From positions 60,001 through 92,000 of the forward strand of contig JBAZYG010000001.1 in the NCBI GenBank assembly GCA_041659445.1: a DNA stretch of 32,000 bases, in the 5' to 3' direction. This document shows positions 7,412 to 14,896 of this stretch, piece by piece; the stretch's first letter is position 1; every line of letters begins with the position of its first letter. The translations under genes were made by a program, and so were the position numbers. The stretch is from Candidatus Saccharimonadota bacterium (GTDB taxonomy: Archaea; Nanobdellota; Nanobdellia; Pacearchaeales; GW2011-AR1). The notes beneath the pieces were generated by a model. That model saw only the letters and a program-made list of their open reading frames with translations, was not told where the DNA came from and made no database searches.

Positions 7412-8023
7412 TTATTTCTTGTAATTCTTTAAAGCAGTTTTAACATTCTTTAGAAGTTGTTTCATAGAATCTTCTAATTGTTGCTTGTTTTTTGTTCCTG
7501 TGCAAACAAGTTTTCCGTTTGAGAAAAGCAAGAATGTTGCATTTGGTTCTTCAATTTTATAAACCAAACCTGGAAATTGTTCTGGTTCATATTCTGTATT
7601 TTCCATTTCTAGGGCTAAAAAATTCAAATTTAACTTTAAATTAATTGTTCCAGAAGCAACTATATTTTGAACAGTTATTTTTGGTTGAATTGTGACATTA
7701 ACATTTATTTTTTTTAATTGTTTAATAACTTCTTGAATTACTTCTTTTACTTGTGCTGTTGATTTTGTTCCTGTGCAAACCAAATTTCCTGATGAAAAAA
7801 CAAGAACAGCTGATTTTGGTTCTTTAATTCTTAAAACAAGTCCTGGAAAAGTTTCAGGATTATATTCTGTATTAGGTTGAGTTCTTGCAAGTTTTGTTAA
7901 TGGAACTGGCTTTTCTAAAGAAGTTGTAGCGACGATATTTTGAATTTTGTAAGTTGATTCTTTTGATGAACTTTCAGAAGAGCTAGATTTTGAATCTTTT
8001 TTTGGTGTTTTTTTTGTAACCAT
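7412..8023 (-). CDS. tbp: TATA-box binding protein with Ser/Lys-rich N-terminal extension
   Basis: 203 aa. Two TBP repeats are present: IQNIVATTSL...GNLVCTGTKS and VQNIVASGTI...GKLVCTGTKN. They are preceded by MVTKKTPKKDSKSSSSESSSKESTYK. Confidence 0.95.
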   Translation of the reverse strand: MVTKKTPKKDSKSSSSESSSKESTYKIQNIVATTSLEKPVPLTKLARTQPNTEYNPETFPGLVLRIKEPKSAVLVFSSGNLVCTGTKSTAQVKEVIQEVIKQLKKINVNVTIQPKITVQNIVASGTINLKLNLNFLALEMENTEYEPEQFPGLVYKIEEPNATFLLFSNGKLVCTGTKNKQQLEDSMKQLLKNVKTALKNYKK

Positions 8024-8026
8024 TGA

Positions 8027-8054
8027 TTTATAAAGAGGAAATTGCCTTTATAAA
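8027..8054 (-). promoter_or_regulatory. Two tandem TTTATAAA boxes upstream of the TBP gene
   Basis: The box at 8047-8054 lies 24 nt from the ATG at 8023, which is the functional spacing. A second identical octamer at 8027-8034 lies only 4 nt from the ATG. Confidence 0.5.
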
Positions 8055-8090
8055 GCTATCGAAGAGAAAAGATATTTTGAATTATACATA

Positions 8091-8100
8091 TTTTTAAAAA
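8091..8100 (+). promoter_or_regulatory. TATA box for receiver-domain gene
   Basis: TTTTTAAAAA lies 22 nt upstream of the ATG at 8122. Confidence 0.45.
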
Positions 8101-8121
8101 GGAAATTTAATAAATTATTTT

Positions 8122-8484
8122 ATGTCTAAAAAAATATTAATCCTTGAAGATGATTCATTTTATAGGCAATTTTTAAATCTTTATCTCAAAAGAAAAAACT
8201 ATTTTGTCAAGAATTTTGATAATACAGGATATCTTGTAAATGAAATTAAAGAAAATAGTTACGATGTTTTAATTCTAGATGCAGACGTTAAAGGAAAATA
8301 TACTTTAGAACAAGTAATTGAATTTTCAAGAGAATTTAACAAAGATGCTAGGATAATAATTTATTCTGGTTATGGTGAATCTAAATTTGAAAGATTTCGA
8401 GCTGATGTTGTTGTTAGAAAGGGCGAAACTTTAGCTAAAAATCTGGTCCAAGATATTGATGATTATTTTAAATTAAATTTTTGA
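8122..8484 (+). CDS. Stand-alone response-regulator receiver (CheY-like REC) domain protein
   Basis: 120 aa. Has the acidic pair E9-D10-D11, a putative phospho-acceptor D53 in VLILDADV, Ser in IIIYSG, and Lys in VVRKGE. There is no output domain. Confidence 0.8.
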   Translation: MSKKILILEDDSFYRQFLNLYLKRKNYFVKNFDNTGYLVNEIKENSYDVLILDADVKGKYTLEQVIEFSREFNKDARIIIYSGYGESKFERFRADVVVRKGETLAKNLVQDIDDYFKLNF

Positions 8485-8846
8485 ACTTCTAATTTAAATT
8501 TTTTTGTAAATTCATTAAAATATTTTTCGTTTATGAATAATCTGAAATCTCCAATTCCATGAGCTGCATAATAAGTAAATTTGCTTAAATTTTCTTGTTC
8601 TAATAAATTGCAGATTTCATCTAGCATTTTTGTGTTGTTTAAATTTGCATTAAAGAGTTTAAGAATATTATATTTGTCTATAGAAGCTATGGAAATGTCT
8701 TTTATTGGTTTTTCGCCTTCATTCCAATATCCAAAATAACTTTTTCCACTAGCCATTTTTCCAGAATCTTGTTTTAATTTAAAAGCAAGAGCTGACTCTA
8801 ACCTTTTATAACTTGGAGTTATTTTGATATCTTTTTCAAGTTCCAT
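8463..8846 (-). CDS. Hypothetical protein (127 aa)
   Basis: ATG ORF with TTTATAAA (8867-8874) 21 nt upstream. Its 3' end overlaps the REC gene by 22 nt. Confidence 0.5.
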   Translation of the reverse strand: MELEKDIKITPSYKRLESALAFKLKQDSGKMASGKSYFGYWNEGEKPIKDISIASIDKYNILKLFNANLNNTKMLDEICNLLEQENLSKFTYYAAHGIGDFRLFINEKYFNEFTKKFKLEVQKFNLK

Positions 8847-8898
8847 AATTTTTGATAGAATATTCCTTTATAAATATTATTATAATAGAATTAAATTC

Positions 8899-10011
8899 TT
8901 AATCTTTTTTTCTAAACTTTTTTTGAATATAATCAACTAATTCACTGGCTTTTAATTGAACTGTTGAAGGTCCAATTCGAATATAAAATTCTTCTTCTTT
9001 TGGATTTATTTTCAAAAATATTTCTTTTTTACTTTTTGAAATTTCTATTTTAGTTACTGTTTTGTTATTTATTTTTATATTATCAATGTTTATCAAATCA
9101 AGGGATTTCTTTCCTATTTGTTGTTTTATTAAATTTATTAAATGCAAATTGAATCTATCAATATTTTCAAATTTATCATTTTCAATTCCAATTATTTCTC
9201 CATTATTTGAAACTCCTATAAGTAAAATCCCGCCTTCTGAATTTAGAAATGCATTTATTGTTTTCATTACAGATTGTTCGATGTTTCTATCAATTTCATT
9301 TGTGTGAAGATTTATTCTTAATGTTGATTTGAATTCTAGATTTTGTTTTTCACCTTCTTTTATTAATTCTAAAATTTCTTTTGAGTTGTCTTGTTCTTTG
9401 AATGTTTTTGGATTTGATTTTTTGAATTTTTCAACTAATTTTGAAATCCAATAATTTTTTGTTTTCATATAGGCATATCCAATTATTGAAGAAAATGCAG
9501 CCCCGATAATTATGTAAGTCATATTTTTCATCATAAAAGTATAAATTCCAAGATTTATTTCTTGGTGTAAAATTAATTTCAAATAATATTTTAAGAACTC
9601 TAAACCAAATCCAAGAACTATTGCAAAACTAAATGCAAAAGTAATAATTAAGAAATAATTTTTTTTAATTTGTCCAGTTGAATAGAGCATTAATAATATC
9701 AAAAATCCAATTAAATTCATTATTATTCCAAATATTAATGGGACAATTATTCCTTGGATTTTTCCTATAAATAAACTAAGAATTACAAAAATCAATAATA
9801 TCCATTCAAATTCTTGAGGTATAATTATTTTATAACTTTTTTTTAAGAATTGAGGTATAAAAGTTAAAATCAATAACAATGAATTTATTGAAACTAATTG
9901 CCATAAACCAAAATAAATTCCGTTGATTATAGATAAAATCAAAATTAATTTTATTATCAACAAAAGATAATTTCTAATCGTAGAAGACTTTTCTTGTTTG
10001 TCTTTTATCAT
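8899..10011 (-). CDS. Polytopic membrane protein fused to a C-terminal Schlafen/AlbA_2-type (divergent AAA-4) domain
   Basis: 370 aa. The N-terminal ~190 aa contain about 6-7 hydrophobic helices. The C-terminal part, ILELIKEGEKQNLEFKSTL...SVMKTINAFLNSEGGILLIGVSNNGEIIGIEND, matches the E-x-EFK ... AF-x-N-x-x-GG-x-LLIGV-x-x-x-G-x-I-x-G signature of PF04326-type domains. Confidence 0.7.
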   Translation of the reverse strand: MIKDKQEKSSTIRNYLLLIIKLILILSIINGIYFGLWQLVSINSLLLILTFIPQFLKKSYKIIIPQEFEWILLIFVILSLFIGKIQGIIVPLIFGIIMNLIGFLILLMLYSTGQIKKNYFLIITFAFSFAIVLGFGLEFLKYYLKLILHQEINLGIYTFMMKNMTYIIIGAAFSSIIGYAYMKTKNYWISKLVEKFKKSNPKTFKEQDNSKEILELIKEGEKQNLEFKSTLRINLHTNEIDRNIEQSVMKTINAFLNSEGGILLIGVSNNGEIIGIENDKFENIDRFNLHLINLIKQQIGKKSLDLINIDNIKINNKTVTKIEISKSKKEIFLKINPKEEEFYIRIGPSTVQLKASELVDYIQKKFRKKD

Positions 10012-10103
10012 GATAATTTCAATGCTTTAGGGGTTTTATAAGTTTTGGAATATATATTCTTTGTAATAATTATCTTTATAAATCAAATAAATATTTGTTT
10101 TTT

Positions 10104-10442
10104 ATGGCAACCAATATTGAACAAAAATTTAAAGAAGGAGATTGGGTTGAATCTTTAATATATGAAGATGAAATAGACCAATATGTTTGTATTATCAATG
10201 AAAAACTTGCAAAAATAATTAATTCTTTATATTCTGAGGATGAAACTCTTTTTAAAAAAGTAGAAGAATCTGAAGTTAAAGCTCATTATGAAGCAATGAT
10301 TGTTAAACATGAAAATTCCGTTACACATCATAATAATTTATTGAAAGAGTATAAAAAACGCTTAAATATTATGCCTTTTATGGTTCTACCTAATATAAGA
10401 AGTTATATAACCACTATAAAAAAATCTTCCAATTCAGATTAA
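10104..10442 (+). CDS. Hypothetical protein (112 aa from ATG 10104)
   Basis: The track start at 10095 is a TTG. The ATG at 10104 lies 22 nt downstream of TTTATAAA (10075-10082). Confidence 0.5.
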   Translation: MATNIEQKFKEGDWVESLIYEDEIDQYVCIINEKLAKIINSLYSEDETLFKKVEESEVKAHYEAMIVKHENSVTHHNNLLKEYKKRLNIMPFMVLPNIRSYITTIKKSSNSD

Positions 10443-10443
10443 T

Positions 10444-12162
10444 TCATTTATTTCTATTTTGTTTTTCAAACTCTCTTTCAATTTCTTCTAGAGTTGTTAT
10501 TTCTGAAAGAGGTTTGTCAGGTCGTAAATTAATTACTCTTGGAAATCTTAAAGCAAATCCAGAACTATACGTCGGAGATTTTTGAATTTCTTGATAAGTT
10601 ATTGATAAAATTATTTTTGGTTTTACTTCAATTGTTCTTCCAGATTCTTTGAGAATTAATGGTTTTAATAAATTTGTAAGTTCTTCAAAAGAAATTCCTT
10701 CAACATTTTCTGATGATTTTTCTTTTATTCCTGTTCCAACTTTTCCAATTTCTAATAACTTGTTTGTATTTTCGTCTTTGCAAGATAAAATAAATGAAGA
10801 GAGCCAGCCTGAACGTTTTCCTGTTCCATATTCTGCAGAAGTTATAACTAAATCAAAATCATGGGTGTTTGGTTTTAGTTTTAACCAGTTTCCAACTCTT
10901 TTTCCTGGTTTGTATTCTGCATCTAATTTTTTGAAAAATATTCCTTCTTGATTGTCTTTAAGAGCTTTTTCATAAAACTTTTCAACTTCTTTTTTGTCAG
11001 AAGTTATAATCATTTTTGAAGAAATTATTTTGTATGGTTGATTTGTTATTATCTTTCTTACTAATTCTGTTCTTTCTTTAAATGGTTTTTCTAAAAAAGA
11101 TTTTCCATTATAAGATAAAATATCAAAAACATTTATTTCAACAGGCAATTCTTTTTGCAATTTTTCAATTCCATATTTTCTTTTTATTCTTTGACTTATT
11201 GCTTGAAATGGTTGATATTTTTTTGTTTTACTATCAAATCCTACTGCTTCAGAGTCGAGGATAAATGAATCTCCTTTTACATATTTTTTTACATATTCTG
11301 CAACTTCTGGAAATTGTTTTGTTACATTTTCAAGACTTCTTGTAAAAAGCTCTATTTGATTTTTATTTTTGTGAATCATTAATCTAAAACCATCATACTT
11401 GTATTCCACTGCCAAAGGAGTTCCAAGTGATTCAAAAGCTTGGTCAATTGATTCTGCTTTTGGTCCGAGCATTACTTTTACAGGTTTTCCAACTTCAAGA
11501 GAAATTTCTTCAAATTTTTTTAAATCCCTTTTTTTAGAAATTTCAAAAATAATTTTTAAGTCATTAATTTTGTCTATTGCTTTTTGAATAATTTCTGAAG
11601 TAGATTTTTTATCAGTATCTTCGAAAAAAGCTTTCACTAAGGCATCCCTTATAGTTGATTCTTGAATTCCAATTCTCAAATCTCCAATCAATGTTCTTGT
11701 CAAATAAATTGCTTCTTTTGATGAGGCAACTGTTAAAAGTTCAACTATTAAAGATAATTTTTTATTGACTGTTCCAATTCCTTCTAATTCTGGAAGTTTT
11801 CTCAAATTGTCTAATACTTTTTTTAAAGTTAATTGTGAATTTTCCAAAAGAGTTGTTTGTTTTTTCTTTTGAATTAGTTTGCCTGAAACTTCTCCTAAAT
11901 CACCTTGCTTTTTCCATTCTTGGACTATTTTTTTTTCAGAAATTCCGATTGTTTTAGAAATTGCTTTTATTACTAATTGATTTGAAATTCCAATTTTTCT
12001 AGAGTCATAACTAGGATAAATTTCTCCAAGTAAAAGATAAATTATTTCAGATTCATATTCGGGAATTTGTTTTAAGAAATTTGATAAAATCTCTGTTTTT
12101 TCAAGACGTTTTGTAGTTGAAGAGATTTGTTCATAAATCTCAGATAGTTTGGAATATAACAT
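10444..12162 (-). CDS. lig: ATP-dependent DNA ligase
   Basis: 572 aa. Has the adenylation motif EYKYDGFR (KxDG), then LDSEAV, EGIFFK and LKLK motifs in the canonical order. A TATA-like TAATTAAAAA lies 22 nt upstream. Confidence 0.95.
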   Translation of the reverse strand: MLYSKLSEIYEQISSTTKRLEKTEILSNFLKQIPEYESEIIYLLLGEIYPSYDSRKIGISNQLVIKAISKTIGISEKKIVQEWKKQGDLGEVSGKLIQKKKQTTLLENSQLTLKKVLDNLRKLPELEGIGTVNKKLSLIVELLTVASSKEAIYLTRTLIGDLRIGIQESTIRDALVKAFFEDTDKKSTSEIIQKAIDKINDLKIIFEISKKRDLKKFEEISLEVGKPVKVMLGPKAESIDQAFESLGTPLAVEYKYDGFRLMIHKNKNQIELFTRSLENVTKQFPEVAEYVKKYVKGDSFILDSEAVGFDSKTKKYQPFQAISQRIKRKYGIEKLQKELPVEINVFDILSYNGKSFLEKPFKERTELVRKIITNQPYKIISSKMIITSDKKEVEKFYEKALKDNQEGIFFKKLDAEYKPGKRVGNWLKLKPNTHDFDLVITSAEYGTGKRSGWLSSFILSCKDENTNKLLEIGKVGTGIKEKSSENVEGISFEELTNLLKPLILKESGRTIEVKPKIILSITYQEIQKSPTYSSGFALRFPRVINLRPDKPLSEITTLEEIEREFEKQNRNK

Positions 12163-12194
12163 AAATTAATTAGAAAGAATATGTTTTTAATTAT

Positions 12195-12905
12195 TTACTC
12201 TTTAGCTATCTTCCAGAGTAATTCAAAATGGTTTCTGTAACTTTCTGCAATATTTTTATTTTTTATTAAAATTATTAATGGCTTCTCTTTTGCTATGTGG
12301 ATGGATACATAATCTCCAAAAATTGTGGTAGTTGCTTCACTGTCTAATTTAAGAGATTTAGATTGAATTTGAGGATAATTTTTAATTTCATGTGATTTAA
12401 ATTTCTCTGAAAATATTATTCTTCCTAGTAATTCTTTTCTGTTTAAGTTTTTTATTGTAGCCTGCATCTCATATAGTAAATCGTAAGCTCTTCCAGTTCC
12501 TCCAAACGAATCAACTTTTTTGTGTTTTATTATTAAGTTCATTAAATTCCTTAATCCCTCTTTTCCTTCAAAGACTTTTATTTCATAAGGGATTGCCACT
12601 TCTTTTTGGATTTTGTTTAATTCAGATATTAAATCTGTTACAAAAACCTCTTTTTCTTTTAATGGATTAAGCAAATTTTCTGGTTTTTCTGCCTTGAAGA
12701 ATTTTTTATTTTGTTTTATTATATAGCTGATAAGTCCTTTCTCAATAAGACTGTTTAAGAGAGTGTATGTTAGAGTTCTATCTATTGAGATTTTCTTTGA
12801 AAGTTCATTAGCTGTTAATTCTTCTGATTTTAGGAGTTCCAAATAAACCTTCGACTCATTTCTAGTTAATCCTGCTTGAGTTAGTTGTTCTTTTAATTCT
12901 TCCAT
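12195..12905 (-). CDS. TrmB-family HTH transcriptional regulator
   Basis: 236 aa. The N-terminus LTQAGLTRNESKVYLELLKSEELTANELSKKISIDRTLTYTLLNSLIEKGLISY is a typical TrmB winged HTH. Confidence 0.8.
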   Translation of the reverse strand: MEELKEQLTQAGLTRNESKVYLELLKSEELTANELSKKISIDRTLTYTLLNSLIEKGLISYIIKQNKKFFKAEKPENLLNPLKEKEVFVTDLISELNKIQKEVAIPYEIKVFEGKEGLRNLMNLIIKHKKVDSFGGTGRAYDLLYEMQATIKNLNRKELLGRIIFSEKFKSHEIKNYPQIQSKSLKLDSEATTTIFGDYVSIHIAKEKPLIILIKNKNIAESYRNHFELLWKIAKE

Positions 12906-12908
12906 ATT

Positions 12909-12929
12909 GTTGTTATATTAACTAACAAC
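12909..12929. promoter_or_regulatory. Inverted repeat GTTGTTA-N7-TAACAAC, candidate operator
   Basis: Perfect 7-bp arms at 12909-12915 and 12923-12929. It begins 4 nt upstream of the TrmB ATG (12905) and lies next to the TATA box at 12935-12942 that serves the divergent ORF at 12964. Confidence 0.35.
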
Positions 12930-12963
12930 CAAACTTTATAAGTATTTTGGGAATTGAAAATTT

Positions 12964-13473
12964 ATGAAAAAGGAAAGTTTAGAAGAGATAGGTTTCAATG
13001 GAAGATTAATAATCTATGAAAAGAAGAAGTACTCTCCTTGGAGATATGACTCAAATGAAACTAGAAGAGATTTCTTAGAAGGCAGTTTAAACTTTCTTAA
13101 GTATAATCCTTCTATTTTAGAAAAAGTATCTTTTGATAAAGAATATTGTGGTTCATATGTAATTTCAGGTATTTATATAAAAATTTCCGAATTCTCCAAG
13201 AATTTTGAAGTTAAATCTTCTTTGGAATTTCCTGTTAAAGGAAAATCAATTATACCTCTTATAGAAAGATACTTATCTGGAGACATCCTAATAAGAACCA
13301 ATTATAGTTGTTTCCCAGATAATTTTTATATTAAAATAAATAATTTTGGCTCTGTAAAATATCATATAGGAATGTTTGCTGATTCACTTTTATTTTCTGG
13401 AGTTGGGAACTTAGATTTAGACCCACAAGAAAATATTGAGAAATTAAAAAAATATTACAAAAGAATAAAATGA
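12964..13473 (+). CDS. Hypothetical protein (169 aa)
   Basis: ATG ORF lying 22 nt downstream of TTTATAAG (12935-12942). Confidence 0.55.
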   Translation: MKKESLEEIGFNGRLIIYEKKKYSPWRYDSNETRRDFLEGSLNFLKYNPSILEKVSFDKEYCGSYVISGIYIKISEFSKNFEVKSSLEFPVKGKSIIPLIERYLSGDILIRTNYSCFPDNFYIKINNFGSVKYHIGMFADSLLFSGVGNLDLDPQENIEKLKKYYKRIK

Positions 13474-13548
13474 ATGAATATCAAGATTTTGGAATATAGC
13501 ATAAAAAAATCAAGAATCTGGAATTTTTAAGGTTTGGGTGTAGTTCAT

Positions 13549-14154
13549 TTATTTAGATTCAACTAAAATATCATTAACTCTTTTCCAATTTATCACATTA
13601 AAAAAAGCATCAATAAATTCATCTCTTTTGTTTTGATATCTTAAGTAATAGGCATGTTCCCAGACGTCAATTGCAATTAAAGGAATTAATTCTTTCGATA
13701 TAACTGAATCTTGATTTAATGTAGAAACAATTTCTAATTCTCTTTTTTTATTTAAAACTAACCAAGTCCATCCGCTTCCAAATAATGTCATTGCGTTTTC
13801 TTTGAATTCTTTTTTAAAATTTTCTAAAGAACCAAATTTTTTATTTATAGCATTAAGGATTTCTCCAGAGGGATCCACGTCTTTTTTTAATATTTCCCAA
13901 AAGAAATTATGATTATAGACTCCCCCTCCAAAATTTATTATTTTTTGTTTAATATTTTTAGGAATTTTATTTAAATTTTTTAATAATTCTTCTACTGTTT
14001 TATTTTGCAAATTTTTTTGGTCTTTTATTACGTCATTTAATTTATTTACATATCCTTGATGATGCTTTGAATGATGAATTCTCATTGTTTTTTCATCAAA
14101 ATAAGGTTCTAATGAATCATATTCGTAAGGTAAGTTAATTAGTTTGTAATTCAT
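13549..14154 (-). CDS. sod: Fe/Mn superoxide dismutase
   Basis: 201 aa. Contains LPYEYDSLEPYFDEKTMRIHHSKHHQGYV and DVWEHAYYLRYQNKR. Confidence 0.95.
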   Translation of the reverse strand: MNYKLINLPYEYDSLEPYFDEKTMRIHHSKHHQGYVNKLNDVIKDQKNLQNKTVEELLKNLNKIPKNIKQKIINFGGGVYNHNFFWEILKKDVDPSGEILNAINKKFGSLENFKKEFKENAMTLFGSGWTWLVLNKKRELEIVSTLNQDSVISKELIPLIAIDVWEHAYYLRYQNKRDEFIDAFFNVINWKRVNDILVESK

Positions 14155-14231
14155 TTTTATTTTTTTAGAATTATTTAATTATATATGAAAATATTTTCAT
14201 ATTTATAAATCTTTTGGTTTTCATTTTTATT

Positions 14232-14495
14232 TTAATTGTTCCATCTTTTTAAATTTGGAATAGTATTCATTGCAATTTCTCTTGCTTTATCTTCAGGCAT
14301 CCATAATTTCATAGACATCTTTATACTTTTTTCAATTACTTCATGCATTGTTAAATTTTCATTTGTAAATTTTCCGTCTTGAAAACAAAATTTACAAAAT
14401 TCATCATTTAAAGTTTTATCTTTATTTGTTCCTTTATTTTCTTCTTTTGTTAAAGGCATTCCACAACTTTGGCAAACATTTACTTTTGATGACAT
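14232..14495 (-). CDS. Zinc-ribbon domain protein
   Basis: 87 aa. CQSCGMPL...FCKFCFQDGKFT resembles the putative zinc-ribbon family (Zn_ribbon_2 type). Confidence 0.6.
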   Translation of the reverse strand: MSSKVNVCQSCGMPLTKEENKGTNKDKTLNDEFCKFCFQDGKFTNENLTMHEVIEKSIKMSMKLWMPEDKAREIAMNTIPNLKRWNN

Positions 14496-14506
14496 TTTAA
14501 TGTTGA

Positions 14507-14896
14507 TTATTTTACATTTATTATTCCATTCATACTTGGATGAATATCACAATGATAATTATATGTACCTGTTTCATTAAATGTAAATTTGAATGTTTCT
14601 CCAGGTTCAATATCTATGTCAAATAATCCATTATCTATAGTTACATCATGTTTTACTGAATCTTCATTTTTCCAAGTTATGGATTCGCCAGCAGTTATGT
14701 TAATTTCTATAGGATTAAATTCAAAATCTTTTATAGAAATTATTGTTCCTTTATCATAATTTGTATCTGATTTGTTAAATGCTATTGGATTTTTTAAAGT
14801 ATAAAATAAGATAATTGCAAGAATAATAAGAATAATTATACTTCCAACAATTAAAATATTTTTTTTCATTTTAATAATTTTCCTCGAGAATTTCAT
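14507..14896 (-). CDS. Membrane-anchored cupredoxin (type-1 blue copper protein, plastocyanin/amicyanin-like)
   Basis: Has an N-terminal signal anchor (KKNILIVGSIIILIILAIILF). The copper ligand pattern is H in VKHDV and C-x2-H-x2-M in YHCDIHPSM. An alternative ATG at 14869 would remove the 26-nt overlap with rubrerythrin, leaving a 1-nt gap. Confidence 0.8.
   Translation of the reverse strand: MKFSRKIIKMKKNILIVGSIIILIILAIILFYTLKNPIAFNKSDTNYDKGTIISIKDFEFNPIEINITAGESITWKNEDSVKHDVTIDNGLFDIDIEPGETFKFTFNETGTYNYHCDIHPSMNGIINVK

Noticed and set aside
10048-10059. Perfect 12-bp palindrome GAATATATATTC between the divergent TATA boxes of the membrane-AlbA_2 gene and ORF10104.
   Set aside because: It is essentially an (AT)n run with two flanking bases. 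Such palindromes are expected by chance in this composition, and there is no regulator gene adjacent.
13480-13524. Imperfect 16-nt direct repeat (ATCAAGATTTTGGAAT / ATCAAGAATCTGGAAT, offset 29 nt) in the convergent spacer between ORF12964 and SOD. It might be an older example of the gene-end duplication pattern.
   Set aside because: It is only a 14/16 match, does not overlap either gene end, and brackets nothing. It is too short and degenerate to separate from chance in A+T-rich DNA without a statistical scan.
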